This document shows, one piece after another, positions 35,879 to 45,801 of a DNA stretch of 64,000 nucleotides. Below the pieces are notes generated by a model. The model saw only the letters and a list, made by a program, of their open reading frames with translations, had not been told where the DNA came from and ran no database searches. The translations under genes were made by a program, and so were the position numbers. Numbering within the stretch: the stretch's first letter is position 1; each line of letters begins with the position of its first letter. Source of the DNA: Acidobacteriota bacterium (GTDB lineage: Bacteria; Acidobacteriota; Terriglobia; Acidiferrales; UBA7541); contig JABCZK010000020.1 of NCBI GenBank assembly GCA_013289695.1, forward strand, positions 2,038 to 66,037. The letters run 5' to 3'.

Positions 35879-35929
35879 GCCGCCGCTACAACGTCAACTG
35901 CGAAGAGCCGGCGGGACGCCGGCGCTAGG
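35879..35929. repeat. composite REP-like element, second copy of the 4431-4486 unit
   Basis: ggccgccgctacaacgtcaactgcgaagagccggcgggacgccggcgctagg. The 17-nt hairpin gccggcgggacgccggc is identical to 4464-4480, and gccgctacaa matches 4433-4442. Confidence 0.85.
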
Positions 35930-35998
35930 AAAAGCGCTACTGCGAACGCTGAACGCCGACCTTCCTGTTCGGATCACTTCAAACCGAAATGCGTCAAG

Positions 35999-38176
35999 CT
36001 ACTTCGCTGAAGGGCTTGGCGCGTATCCGGTGACGCCTAATTGCCAGAAGAGGAAGGCGACCTCGTCGGCTAGTTCGATGTCGCGCTGGGATTTGGTTGA
36101 GCCAATCCCGTGGCCGGCGTCGTAATCCACGCGCAGCAGGATGGGCTTGCCGCTGCTGGTCGAAGCTTGCAAGCGCGCCGTCATCTTCGCGGCCTGCCAG
36201 GGCGCGACGCGCGGATCGTTCACGCCAGTGGTTAGCAGAACCGCAGGATAGGGCGTGCTGGGTTTTACGTGCTGGTATGCGTCCATGCCGAAGAGCGCTT
36301 TGAATCCGTCCGCTTCTGTGACCGTGCCAAATTCCGGAATGTTCGCCGGGCCGCTGGCCATGGTTTCGGAACGTAGCGAATCCGAATCGCCGACGCGAAT
36401 GAGCGCGGCGCCGAAAAGCTCGGGACGCTGGGTGATCGCGCCGCCGATGGTGATGCCTCCGGCGCTGGTTCCCTCCCCTGCCAGGTGAGCAGCGGAGGTG
36501 TATTTGTGTGCGATCAGGTATTCGCCGCCGGCGAGAAAATCGTCTATGGTGTGCTGCTTGGTCAGCTTCTGCCCAGCCTGGTGCCAGTCTTCGCCGTACT
36601 CACCGCCTCCGCGCACGTGCGCGAAGGCGCGAACGCCGCCACGTTCCAGAAAGACCAAAATTGTGGGATCGAAGTAGGGATCGTAGTTGATGCCATAGGC
36701 GCCGTAGCCCGTGAGCCATGTGGGATGCGAGCCATCGAGAACGAGGCCGCGCTTATGGATGATCGAAAGCGGAACCATGGTGCCGTCGGCGCTCTTGGCT
36801 TTTACTTCTTGGGATTCGATTTGGGAGTAATCAACCGGGGATGGCGGAACCAGCGCGGTGTCGCTGAGTTCGTCGGTTTTCGCGTCCAGCGAATACCACA
36901 GAGGTGATTTGGTCCAGGAAGTAAGTTCCAGCCAGGCGCCGGATTCCGTGGGATTGGTGACGAGCGATTGGATCGCGCCGTCGAACGGGAGCTTGATGGG
37001 CTGAATGCTTCCGTTGCGGTACGGCAGGCGGCGCAAGCGGCCGATGCCGCCATCGAGATCCTGGACGTAGAGCGCGTCCGCCGCAACGGTGATATTGGTG
37101 ATCACCACTTCGCTCGCCGGCACCGCGACCGCGGCATGCGCCAGGTCTGGCGCGCTCAGGCTCGTGCGCAAAACCTTGAAGCGCGAGGCGTTCTTGTGGG
37201 AAAGCAGATAAATTTCGTCGGCGTGTACATCGAGGCCGGTGACTTCATCGCTCTGGTCCGCGATTTTCTTCCAGGCAGTCTTCGCGCCAGTATTGGCGTC
37301 GAACGGCACGGCATAAATGTCAAACTCGCGTTTCACGCCGTGGATGACCAGACCAATCATAAAGCCCGGGGCACCCGGTGAAAACAGCAGGTTCGAAAAA
37401 TCATTTTCGTCCACGCTCACGGCGGGATTTGCGCCGAAGCCAAATACTAAAGGCTCGGCCTCCGGATCGCCTCCCAGCGTGTGACGATACACTTTCAGCT
37501 TCTGATATTTTGCGGTGGGTGGCGCGCCGGAAGCGAGCTTCTGCGCGCGGGTGTAGAAGAAGGATTTGCCGTCGGGCAGCCAGCTGGGAGAAGCAAACTC
37601 GGCGCGATCAATGCTATCGGGCAATACCTTGCCTGTGGCGCTCTGCAAGACGTGCAGGACGCTTTCTTCCGAGCCGCCCAGCGAAATTCCATAAGCAACG
37701 TAAACGCCATCGAGGGAGGGCTGGAAATAATCAATGGAGTAGTGCTTGCCGTCGGCGGTGGTCATCTTTTCGGGATCGACCAGCAGGCGTTCGGGCGCGC
37801 TGAGAGTGTCGCGCACGAAGAGCTTGCGATTGTCCGAACCGGGCTCGGTCTTGTAATAAAAATAATGGCCGCCCCAGACCTGCAGCGCGGAAACCACGTT
37901 GCCGGCGTTGTCGAGCGCCTTGATGCGGGTGAGCAAATCATCGCGACCGGGAATGCGCGCGAGCACGGCGCGCGTGTAATCGTTCTGCGCTTTCATCCAG
38001 GCGATGACTTCCGGGTCCGAAGTGTTCTCCAGCCAGCGATACGGATCCGCTACTTTGGTGCCAAAGTAATCATCAATCACCGCGCGCACGGGAGTCTGCG
38101 GCAACGCCGATTGCGCCGTGGTCAGAGCCGGGAGAAGCAAGAGAATCGGAAGCACAATGCCGATCAGTCGTCGCAT
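35999..38176 (-). CDS. prolyl oligopeptidase family (S9A) serine peptidase, secreted
   Basis: Signal peptide. DPYRWLEN near the N-terminus. GEGTSAGG nucleophile motif. C-terminal D and H regions (VNDPRV, YDAGHG). Confidence 0.9.
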   Translation of the reverse strand: MRRLIGIVLPILLLLPALTTAQSALPQTPVRAVIDDYFGTKVADPYRWLENTSDPEVIAWMKAQNDYTRAVLARIPGRDDLLTRIKALDNAGNVVSALQVWGGHYFYYKTEPGSDNRKLFVRDTLSAPERLLVDPEKMTTADGKHYSIDYFQPSLDGVYVAYGISLGGSEESVLHVLQSATGKVLPDSIDRAEFASPSWLPDGKSFFYTRAQKLASGAPPTAKYQKLKVYRHTLGGDPEAEPLVFGFGANPAVSVDENDFSNLLFSPGAPGFMIGLVIHGVKREFDIYAVPFDANTGAKTAWKKIADQSDEVTGLDVHADEIYLLSHKNASRFKVLRTSLSAPDLAHAAVAVPASEVVITNITVAADALYVQDLDGGIGRLRRLPYRNGSIQPIKLPFDGAIQSLVTNPTESGAWLELTSWTKSPLWYSLDAKTDELSDTALVPPSPVDYSQIESQEVKAKSADGTMVPLSIIHKRGLVLDGSHPTWLTGYGAYGINYDPYFDPTILVFLERGGVRAFAHVRGGGEYGEDWHQAGQKLTKQHTIDDFLAGGEYLIAHKYTSAAHLAGEGTSAGGITIGGAITQRPELFGAALIRVGDSDSLRSETMASGPANIPEFGTVTEADGFKALFGMDAYQHVKPSTPYPAVLLTTGVNDPRVAPWQAAKMTARLQASTSSGKPILLRVDYDAGHGIGSTKSQRDIELADEVAFLFWQLGVTGYAPSPSAK

Positions 38177-38440
38177 GAGTTGTCCTTGGCAGTCAAAAGA
38201 TAATTAGCAGCGTAAGACGATAGCTTGGAATCACGGATGCGCTCAAGTTGTTTGTCGAAGCCGCGCACATCGGCAGCGATTTGAGATCCTGAGGCATCCC
38301 TCTGGAATCGCAGACGCACAGCAGCAAGGTGTTGCTTCCAATCGCGCCATCACCCAGAAGTGTTCAGCAGGGTTTGATGCTGGCCGCCTACCGCACGTTT
38401 GCTTGCTGGCGAGGCTTCCTGGGTTATAGGCGGCGCGGCG

Positions 38441-40900
38441 CTATTCGTAGCGCAGCGCGACCATGGGGTCGAGTTGCATGGCGCGGCGTGCGGGCGCGTA
38501 GCAAGCCCAGAAGCCGATCGCCGCAAGCACCAGCGTCGCCGTCACGTACGTGAGCGCATCGGTGGGGCTCACTCCCACCAGAATTGTGGCCATCGAGCGC
38601 GTCAGCGCCCATGCCAGCACGGCGCCGGAAAATACGCCCGCTATCACCAGCAGCAATCCTTGCTGCAAAACCAGACGCAGGATATCCCGGCGACCCGCGC
38701 CGAGCGCCATACGGATGCCAATCTCATGGGTACGCTGGCTGGCGGCGAATGAAACCACTCCATAGACGCCCACCACTGCCAGCGTGAGTCCAAGAAAACC
38801 CATGGCCGCGGCCAGGATCGCGCCGATTTGGAAAATGAAAAATCCATTCCCGCTCGCGAGCGACTGCCTCATCGTTTGAACGTCCGATACCGGCATGTTG
38901 GGATCGAGTGCGCGAACTTCGTTCTGCATCTGCGCGATCATGCTCTCCGGCGGCAGCGAGGAGCGAACCTGTAAGGTCCGGAACACGGAGAAATTCTGCG
39001 CGAGCGGAACGAAGAAATATGGTTTTTTGTCCCAGCCAATGAATATGTATTTCCCGTCGGCCGCCAAGCCCACGATCTCGACAAAAGGTCCCGTCGCGCT
39101 CTTCAGACTGAAACGTTTCCCGATGGGGTCCTGGTTAGGCCAGAATTGCTGCGCCATGGTCTGGTTCACGATGGCGACGAGCGGCGCCTTGTCGTTGTCG
39201 TTTTCGCGGAACACGCGCCCACGCAGCAACGGAACTCGCATCGTGTCGAAATAAGGTTCGTCCACATGGTTATAGATCACCACAGGAGGCGGCTGGCCGG
39301 GAGTGGGTGGTTGACCTTCGATGTAAACCAAGCTGCCGTCTTGCACGGGTCCCATGGGCACGCTGTACGCCAGGCTCGCCGATTGCACTCCGGGCAGGGC
39401 GCGGACCCTGGCTTCGAGGTCGTGATAGAACGTCTTGGTGCGGGTGTCGTCGTAGCCTACTTCGCGCGGGTCCAGGGTCAGATTCAGGACGCGGTCGGCT
39501 TCAAATCCCAGGTACGCATGTTGCGCGCTCATGAGGCTGCGCACGAATAGACCAGCAACGATCAAAAGCACCAGCGAGCCCGCTACCTGCGCCACCACCA
39601 AGACGCTGCGCAGACGGTGGCGGCTCACGCCCGCTGTATCGCTTCTGCCGCCGCTTTGCAGCACGGTATTCACGTCCGCTCGCCCCGCGCGCAAAGCCGG
39701 CCACAGGCCGACGATCGCGCCGGTGAAGAGAGCAACTGCCAGTGCGTATGCAAATACGCGCCAATCAAAACCGAAATCCACCCGAATGGGAAGTCGTCCA
39801 GCTGGGAGGATCGAGCCAACCGCCCCGCTGGCCCACACTCCCAGGGTCAGTCCAGCAATCCCGCCGAAGAGTGAAAGCATAATACTCTCTGTGAGCATTT
39901 GGCGAATCAGCCGCCAGCGATTCGCGCCCATGGCCGCGCGGATGGCCATTTCGCGCTGGCGCATGGTCGCGCGCACCAGCAGAATATTCGCCACGTTCAT
40001 GCAGGCCAGTAGAAGCACCAGCGCTGCCAGCGTTAGAAATACGCCGGCGATGAAGGGAACGATATTGTTCGGAAACGGCTGCGGCCGCGCCAGTCTTTCC
40101 GGAATGATGTGAACCGATATTCCCTTGTCCGTTGCAGGGTATTGCTCCGCCAGCCGCGCCGTCACCACGTTCATCGAACTTTGCGCTTGTTTCAGAGTCA
40201 CGTCGGGTTTCAGCCTCGCCAACACGGACAGCGAGCGGCCGCTGCGGTCGCTCCAGAACGTGGCTGCGTCCTGCGCCGGCATCATGTTCAACGGGACGTA
40301 GCCGTCCAAATTCAGAGCGAAGTTTGTGCCTTGAAATCCCTTCGGTGCCACGCCAATAATTGTAGCCTCTTGGCCGTCAATCAAAGCCTGCTTTCCCACA
40401 ACACCGGCATCGCCGCCAAAACGCTTTTGCCAGAAGTCATAACCCAGCACGATGTAGGGATCCTTGCCGCCTGCTTCACATTCCGACGAGAGAAACAGTC
40501 GCCCCAGCGCCGGCTGCACGCCCAGGCTCGAGAAGTAATTTCCGGTCACATAGCCATACACGAATTGATTTGCTTTGCCTGCGTAGCTGAGCCCTCCGAG
40601 ATTGACTTGAAAAGCAAACACATCGGAAAACGCATCGGCCTGTTTGCGAAGATCAACGAGTTGGGGGTAGGAAAGAGTGAAGATTCCCAGAGTGTCGCCC
40701 TGCACCTGCGCGGCCAGCACCATGATCTGCTCGGGGGTTTTTACCGGCAGAGGCCGCAGCACAAGGCCATTCACGATGCCGAAGATTGCGGTGTTGGCGC
40801 CAATACCCAACGCGAGCGTGAGGAGCACGATTATAGTCAGCATCGGCGATTTCCCGAGCATCCTGAAGGCGTAACGGACGTCCTGCCAGAGCGTGGCCAT
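38441..40900 (-). CDS. ADOP-family duplicated MacB/FtsX-like ABC permease (second copy, no adjacent PadR)
   Basis: ATG 40900 with gaggagga RBS. MATLWQDVRYAFRMLGKSPMLTIIVLLTLALGIGANTAIF. C-terminal QLDPMVALRYE. Confidence 0.9.
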   Translation of the reverse strand: MATLWQDVRYAFRMLGKSPMLTIIVLLTLALGIGANTAIFGIVNGLVLRPLPVKTPEQIMVLAAQVQGDTLGIFTLSYPQLVDLRKQADAFSDVFAFQVNLGGLSYAGKANQFVYGYVTGNYFSSLGVQPALGRLFLSSECEAGGKDPYIVLGYDFWQKRFGGDAGVVGKQALIDGQEATIIGVAPKGFQGTNFALNLDGYVPLNMMPAQDAATFWSDRSGRSLSVLARLKPDVTLKQAQSSMNVVTARLAEQYPATDKGISVHIIPERLARPQPFPNNIVPFIAGVFLTLAALVLLLACMNVANILLVRATMRQREMAIRAAMGANRWRLIRQMLTESIMLSLFGGIAGLTLGVWASGAVGSILPAGRLPIRVDFGFDWRVFAYALAVALFTGAIVGLWPALRAGRADVNTVLQSGGRSDTAGVSRHRLRSVLVVAQVAGSLVLLIVAGLFVRSLMSAQHAYLGFEADRVLNLTLDPREVGYDDTRTKTFYHDLEARVRALPGVQSASLAYSVPMGPVQDGSLVYIEGQPPTPGQPPPVVIYNHVDEPYFDTMRVPLLRGRVFRENDNDKAPLVAIVNQTMAQQFWPNQDPIGKRFSLKSATGPFVEIVGLAADGKYIFIGWDKKPYFFVPLAQNFSVFRTLQVRSSLPPESMIAQMQNEVRALDPNMPVSDVQTMRQSLASGNGFFIFQIGAILAAAMGFLGLTLAVVGVYGVVSFAASQRTHEIGIRMALGAGRRDILRLVLQQGLLLVIAGVFSGAVLAWALTRSMATILVGVSPTDALTYVTATLVLAAIGFWACYAPARRAMQLDPMVALRYE

Positions 40901-41145
40901 GAAGGTATCCTCCTCGTGCGTTGGATAGATATGCACGTGTCTGTCCCGCGGGTGATGTTCGCCATCTCTATGTTGGGAAATGACTTATAGCAGCACGCGG
41001 GATGCTTTCGACAGACGTGGTGAGCGATTCCGAAACGGGCCGTGACGAAAACGAACACCCGCGCGATTGGGCCGACAGGCTGGCTTGACATGTGATTTGA
41101 CCGCTCGTTGTTTCCTGCTAGCATGACTGCGTTCGCGCGTTCGCC

Positions 41146-43053
41146 ATGCAAGCCCTCAAACACGTTATCGTCGGGACCGCCGGGCACATTGACCACGGCA
41201 AATCTTCGCTCGTAGAGGCCCTCACCGGCACAAATCCGGACCGGCTCGAAGAAGAAAAGCGCCGGGGCATCACGCTGGATTTGGGATTTGCGTTCCTGGA
41301 CCTCGACGGAGTGAGGCTGGGACTAGTGGATGTGCCAGGGCATGAGCGCTTCGTGCGCAACATGCTGGCGGGAGCCGGCGGCATTGACTTGGTGCTGCTG
41401 GTGATCGCGGCGGACGAGGGGATCAAGCCGCAGACACGCGAGCATTTCGAAATTTGCCGCTTGCTGGGAATTCCGCGCGGAATTGTCGCCATCACGAAAT
41501 CCGAGCTGGTTGATTCCGACTCGCTGGGGTTGGTGCGTCTGGAGATCGAAGAATTCGTGCGCGGATCGTTTTTGGAAGGCGCGCCGATTGTACCCGTGAG
41601 CGCGCGCAGCGGCGCGGGGCTGGACGAGCTGAAGGCCGTGCTGCGACGCGGGGCACAAGCGGTGGCGGCGAAAGATGCGACGCAACATTTTCGTTTGCCG
41701 ATTGACCGCTCGTTTGCAATGAAGGGATTTGGCACGGTGGTAACCGGGACGCTGATTTCCGGCGCGGTGAAGGTGGACGACGAAGTGGAGCTGTACCCGA
41801 CGCGGAAACGATTGCGCGTTCGCGGGCTGCACTCCGGTGGCAAGCAGATCGAACGCGCCGTCGCGGGGCAACGCACGGCGGTGAACCTGGCGGGAATCGA
41901 GCACGAGGAAATCACGCGCGGGATGGTGCTGGCGCCGGCCTGTGTATTCGAAGCAACGCAGCGAGTGGACGCGCGCGTCACGCTGCTCGGTTCCGCACCG
42001 ACGCTGAAAAATCGCGCGCGTGTGCATTTTCATCAGGGTACGGCGGAAGCGATCGCGGAAGTGATTCTGCTGAGTGACAGCGGCGAACTCGCGGCGGGCG
42101 GATCGGCGTTCGCGCAATTGCGGCTGGATAAACCCTTGCTGCTGCTTTCGCGAGACCGCTTTATCCTGCGGCGGTTTTCGCCGGTGGTGACGATTGGCGG
42201 CGGCGCCGTGCTGGACGCGCGCGCGCCGCGGCACAAAAGCAGGGACGCGGCGGTTGCGCGGTTTCTGGGGGTGCTGGAACACGGCAAACGCGAAGAAATT
42301 CTCGGCGCACTGGCGGAAGCGGCGCCGCGCGGGCTGACGCTACCGGAGATTGTGGCGCGGTCGGGGTGGATCGAATCGGAGACGCGCGCGACGGCCGAAA
42401 AATTGGCGGCCGCGAAACGCGTAAGGATCATGGGGAGCGCGCCAATCGTGGTGGCGCCGGCACAGGCGGTCAGCGATTGCGCCGCGGCGATTCGCAAGGC
42501 GGTCGAGGCTTTTCATCGCACGAATCCCCTGCTCGCGGGAATTCCGAAACAAGAATTGCGCGCGCGGGCGGGGCGAGCGCGGGTGGAAATTTTTGACGCG
42601 GCGCTAGGTGACCTGATGGCGGCGCGAGCGCTGGTGACGGCTGGCGATCTGGTAAGCCAGGCCGGGCGCGAAATCACGCTTTCAACCGAAGAAACGCGCG
42701 CGAAGGAATTGATCGAGCGCGAATTCGAGAGGGCGGGATTGACTGTGCCGGGGTTTGCCAGCGTGCTGGCGAAGCTGCCGGTGGACGCGGCGCGCGCGCA
42801 GAAAATTCTGCAGATTCTGCTGCGCGAAAAAGTGCTGGTGAAGATTTCCAGTGACCTGGTATTTCACCGCAACACGCTGTTGCGCCTCCGGGAGACGGTC
42901 GCAAAATACCGCGAGGAACGCGGCTCGCGGCTGCCTATCACTGTATTTAAGGAACTTACGGGTATCACGCGCAAATACGCCATCCCGCTGCTCGAGCACC
43001 TTGACCGCGAGCAGGTTACGCGGCGGGCGGGGGACGAGCGTGTTATACTTTGA
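41146..43053 (+). CDS. selB: selenocysteine-specific translation elongation factor SelB
   Basis: [57 protein letters not shown]. Long C-terminal winged-helix region ending [21 protein letters not shown]. Confidence 0.9.
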   Translation: MQALKHVIVGTAGHIDHGKSSLVEALTGTNPDRLEEEKRRGITLDLGFAFLDLDGVRLGLVDVPGHERFVRNMLAGAGGIDLVLLVIAADEGIKPQTREHFEICRLLGIPRGIVAITKSELVDSDSLGLVRLEIEEFVRGSFLEGAPIVPVSARSGAGLDELKAVLRRGAQAVAAKDATQHFRLPIDRSFAMKGFGTVVTGTLISGAVKVDDEVELYPTRKRLRVRGLHSGGKQIERAVAGQRTAVNLAGIEHEEITRGMVLAPACVFEATQRVDARVTLLGSAPTLKNRARVHFHQGTAEAIAEVILLSDSGELAAGGSAFAQLRLDKPLLLLSRDRFILRRFSPVVTIGGGAVLDARAPRHKSRDAAVARFLGVLEHGKREEILGALAEAAPRGLTLPEIVARSGWIESETRATAEKLAAAKRVRIMGSAPIVVAPAQAVSDCAAAIRKAVEAFHRTNPLLAGIPKQELRARAGRARVEIFDAALGDLMAARALVTAGDLVSQAGREITLSTEETRAKELIEREFERAGLTVPGFASVLAKLPVDAARAQKILQILLREKVLVKISSDLVFHRNTLLRLRETVAKYREERGSRLPITVFKELTGITRKYAIPLLEHLDREQVTRRAGDERVIL

Positions 43054-43143
43054 AGGATTGGGGCCAGAGTGGCGAATCGGAAGCAGCCGCGCGGTCGTGT
43101 GCTGCGATTTGGTATCCAGAGAAGTCTGGAAGGCAGGTGATTT

Positions 43144-43377
43144 ATGGAAGCATTAAGCCCGTTTCATTTGATTATTATTCTCGCGGTGATCGTGCTGCTC
43201 TTCGGGGGCAAGAAGATTCCCGAAGTGATGCGCGGACTGGGCGAAGGCATCCGCAACTTCAAGGATGGCATGAATGCGCCGCATCCGAGCTCGCCCAGCG
43301 CGAACCCGCCGGCGAATCCTCCGGCCGCGGCGCCCACTGTACCGCCGACGCCCGCAGCAACTGAAGAGAAGAAGTAG
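43144..43377 (+). CDS. tatA: twin-arginine translocase subunit TatA/E
   Basis: [43 protein letters not shown] followed by a Pro/Ala-rich tail. Confidence 0.9.
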   Translation: MEALSPFHLIIILAVIVLLFGGKKIPEVMRGLGEGIRNFKDGMNAPHPSSPSANPPANPPAAAPTVPPTPAATEEKK

Positions 43378-43422
43378 CGGCTTAAGTCGTACGGCGCGAA
43401 ATTTGGAGCTAGAGATATTCTG

Positions 43423-43453
43423 ACGGCGGCCGAGTGGTCGCCGTTTTCTTTTT
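43423..43453 (+). terminator. intrinsic terminator-like hairpin with T-run after tatA
   Basis: acggcggcc-gagt-ggtcgccgt (about 9 bp including one G-U pair) followed by tttcttttt. Sits between convergent tatA and maf. Confidence 0.55.
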
Positions 43454-43465
43454 GGCCCGCGCTAG

Positions 43466-44059
43466 CTACGTTGAGCCGGCTTCTTTCCAGCCGAGTGCTT
43501 GCAGCGTGGTCCAGAGGCGCGAGAGCGGCAAGCCCAGCACGTTGAAATAGCAGCCCTCGATGCGCGTGGCGAATGTTCCGGCGATACCCTGAATGCCGTA
43601 CGCTCCGGCTTTATCGAACGGTTCGCCGGTCTGAATGTAGTCTTCGATTTCCTCATCCGACATTTTCAGGAATTCCACGCGCGTTTTTTCCACATGCAGA
43701 GATTCCTTCGCGGCGGGAATGTTGATCACGCAGAGCGCCGTCAGAACTTCGTGCGTTTTGCCGCTGAATAGCCGCAGCATGCGGCGAGCATCTTCGGCGT
43801 CTTTGGGTTTGCCGAGAATTTGGCCTTGCGCGAGAACGATTGTGTCCGCCGCAATCACGATGGCGCGTTCGCCTGCCGCGCGCGCTTGTTCGGACACGGC
43901 GTGCGCTTTGGCTTGCGCTACACGGCGGACATAGTCCTCGGCGGCTTCCTGCGGCAGGCGAGTTTCGTCAACGTCCGCGGGCCGGACCCGAAACACGAAT
44001 CCCGCATTGCGCAGCACGTCCGCGCGGCGCGGCGAAGAGGATGCGAGGATCAATTCCAT
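43466..44059 (-). CDS. maf: Maf-like nucleoside triphosphate pyrophosphatase
   Basis: ATG 44059 gives MELILASSSPRRADVLRNAGF.F.V.PADVDE...KAGAYGIQG. Confidence 0.9.
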   Translation of the reverse strand: MELILASSSPRRADVLRNAGFVFRVRPADVDETRLPQEAAEDYVRRVAQAKAHAVSEQARAAGERAIVIAADTIVLAQGQILGKPKDAEDARRMLRLFSGKTHEVLTALCVINIPAAKESLHVEKTRVEFLKMSDEEIEDYIQTGEPFDKAGAYGIQGIAGTFATRIEGCYFNVLGLPLSRLWTTLQALGWKEAGST

Positions 44060-44469
44060 ACGAAAAACGTAACACAGAACGCCTGTACGTTCGTACAGGT
44101 CGCAACTGTGCACCAGGGACGTGGCGGATTGTACGCAGGCAATCGTGTCCGGCGTGGCGGCGGGTGGCAAGATAGTCTAGGCTGATAGAGCTGACCGTGT
44201 GCCGCAGGATTGCTTCGCGATTGGCCGGCATTTGGATTTTAGGTCTTGGCAACGGACTCCTGCAAATGAGTGAGAGAAACGAAAAATGGGATTCCTGTTC
44301 TACGCAAGCTTCGTGAGATTTGTACTGGCAGGCGGCTATGGCCACGTGCTGGCCGAGCGCGCGCGTGTGTGGATGAAGGCCGCCGGCATAGCGCCACCGG
44401 GGGCATAGATTCACCCTAGAATCGCTATCCACCGCAGACAGAGCTGCAGAAAGACCGAGGACCAAGACA

Positions 44470-45330
44470 ATGCCGATGACCAGGGAAGCGCGCGGGGGGC
44501 GGGGAGCGGATGCGCGCACGCCGGAAATGCTCGGCACGCTGGCGACGCGCGTGCCCCTGATCGAAGAATTTCAGTTTGTGAAATTCCACGTGGAAGGCGA
44601 GGTGGCCCATCTGCGCCTGGATCGCCCCGACCAGAATCTGCTGAACGAGCGCATGCTGATGGAAATCGCGGCGGGCATCAATTCCGTCAGCGAGAAGCGG
44701 GAAGTGAAAATGGTGCTGCTGGATTCCGCGGGCAAGACTTTTTCCGGCGGAATCGAGCTGGGGGAATATACACAGCGGCGCGTTTTCCAGTTGCTGGACG
44801 CATTTCACAGCGCGTTTGCGGCGATGATGGACACGTCGAAACCGGTGATCGTGGTGGTGAATGGCCCCGCATACGGCGGCGGCGCGGAGTTGGCGGCGCT
44901 GGGCGACCTGGTGATCGCGACACCCAATGCGCGTTTTGCGCAGCCGGAAATTAAATTGGGCGCGTTTCCTCCACTGGCAGCCGCGGTACTGCCTTACATT
45001 CTGGGCCCGAAGATGGCGATGGAGCTCGTGCTAACCGGTGAAGCGATGACCGCGGAGCGCGCGCGCGAAGTGGGGCTGGTGAATTTCGTGGTGGCGGAAG
45101 ACAAGCTGGTGGAGAAGGTGGACGAGATTATCGGGCGGGTAACGGCGCAGTCCGGTCCGGTGCTGACCATGGCCAAGAAAGCAATTCTGGGCAGCCTGGG
45201 ATTGCCGCTGCGCGAGAGCGTGCGCAATTCGATGAAAGTTTTCCTGAACGAGCTGGCCGACCTGGAAGATTCGCAGGAAGGTCTGCGCGCGCTGGTGGAA
45301 AAACGCGCGCCGAAGTGGAAGAACCGCTAA
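44470..45330 (+). CDS. enoyl-CoA hydratase/isomerase (crotonase) family protein
   Basis: VVVNGPAYGGGAELAALGDLVIATPNARFAQPEIKLGAFPP. Start uncertain; ATG 44527 is an alternative. Confidence 0.85.
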   Translation: MPMTREARGGRGADARTPEMLGTLATRVPLIEEFQFVKFHVEGEVAHLRLDRPDQNLLNERMLMEIAAGINSVSEKREVKMVLLDSAGKTFSGGIELGEYTQRRVFQLLDAFHSAFAAMMDTSKPVIVVVNGPAYGGGAELAALGDLVIATPNARFAQPEIKLGAFPPLAAAVLPYILGPKMAMELVLTGEAMTAERAREVGLVNFVVAEDKLVEKVDEIIGRVTAQSGPVLTMAKKAILGSLGLPLRESVRNSMKVFLNELADLEDSQEGLRALVEKRAPKWKNR

Positions 45331-45544
45331 ACACTCGTACGCCGATGTTGCAGTGTTCGTCGTGCGGCTGATCGTCTTTCGCAGCTATTCCCAATAGAAA
45401 TCACGACAGCACACAAAACCGGCCCTGGCGCGCGAACAGCGATCGCGAACAGCGATCGGATTGACACCAAAAGCGCGGGCGCATACACTCGCCGAGGACA
45501 ACTTAGCTGGCTCGGGGTAGCCTTGCGAGCGCGACCATCGCGCG

Positions 45545-45777
45545 CGCAGGTAAGAATTGAAATTGGGCTGGATGGATTTCAATTTTTAGGGAAGGCCGTG
45601 AAAATCGGCCACGGTCCCGCCACTGTAATCGGCCATCACTGAAGTGCGCTTTTCTTTTTTTGCGGGCGCACGGGTGATAGGTTGAAAGTCAGGGAACCTA
45701 CCCGAACTGGTCGAAGCTGACACTCTCCGCGCGAGAGAGTGTGGCGAGACGCCTCGCTCTATTCGCGAGGCTTTTTT
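45545..45777 (+). promoter_or_regulatory. cobalamin riboswitch with terminator-type expression platform
   Basis: AGGGAAggccGTGAAAAtcGGccaCGGtCCCGCCACTGTaa (45588-45628; B12 box GCCACTG at 45619-45625). 3' element AGTCAGGGAACCTACC. Then hairpin gcctcgc-tctattc-gcgaggc plus T6 (45751-45777). Confidence 0.85.
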
Positions 45778-45801
45778 ATTGCGCGGAGGAATATTTTGGC
45801 G

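Noticed and set aside
41085-41124. Sigma-70-like TTGACA/TTGACC and TAGCAT hexamers upstream of selB
   Set aside because: The spacing works only for the weaker pair (TTGACC-16 nt-TAGCAT). Promoter rules for this lineage are not secure enough to report this as a feature.
41118-42282. 287-aa and 319-aa minus-strand ORFs
   Set aside because: Antisense to selB. Ser/Arg/Pro-rich with no motifs.
44286-44408. 40-codon ORF (MGFLFYASFVRFVLAGGYGHVLAERARVWMKAAGIAPPGA) in the maf/crotonase divergent region
   Set aside because: Only a weak purine-rich stretch lies upstream. No evidence beyond an open frame.
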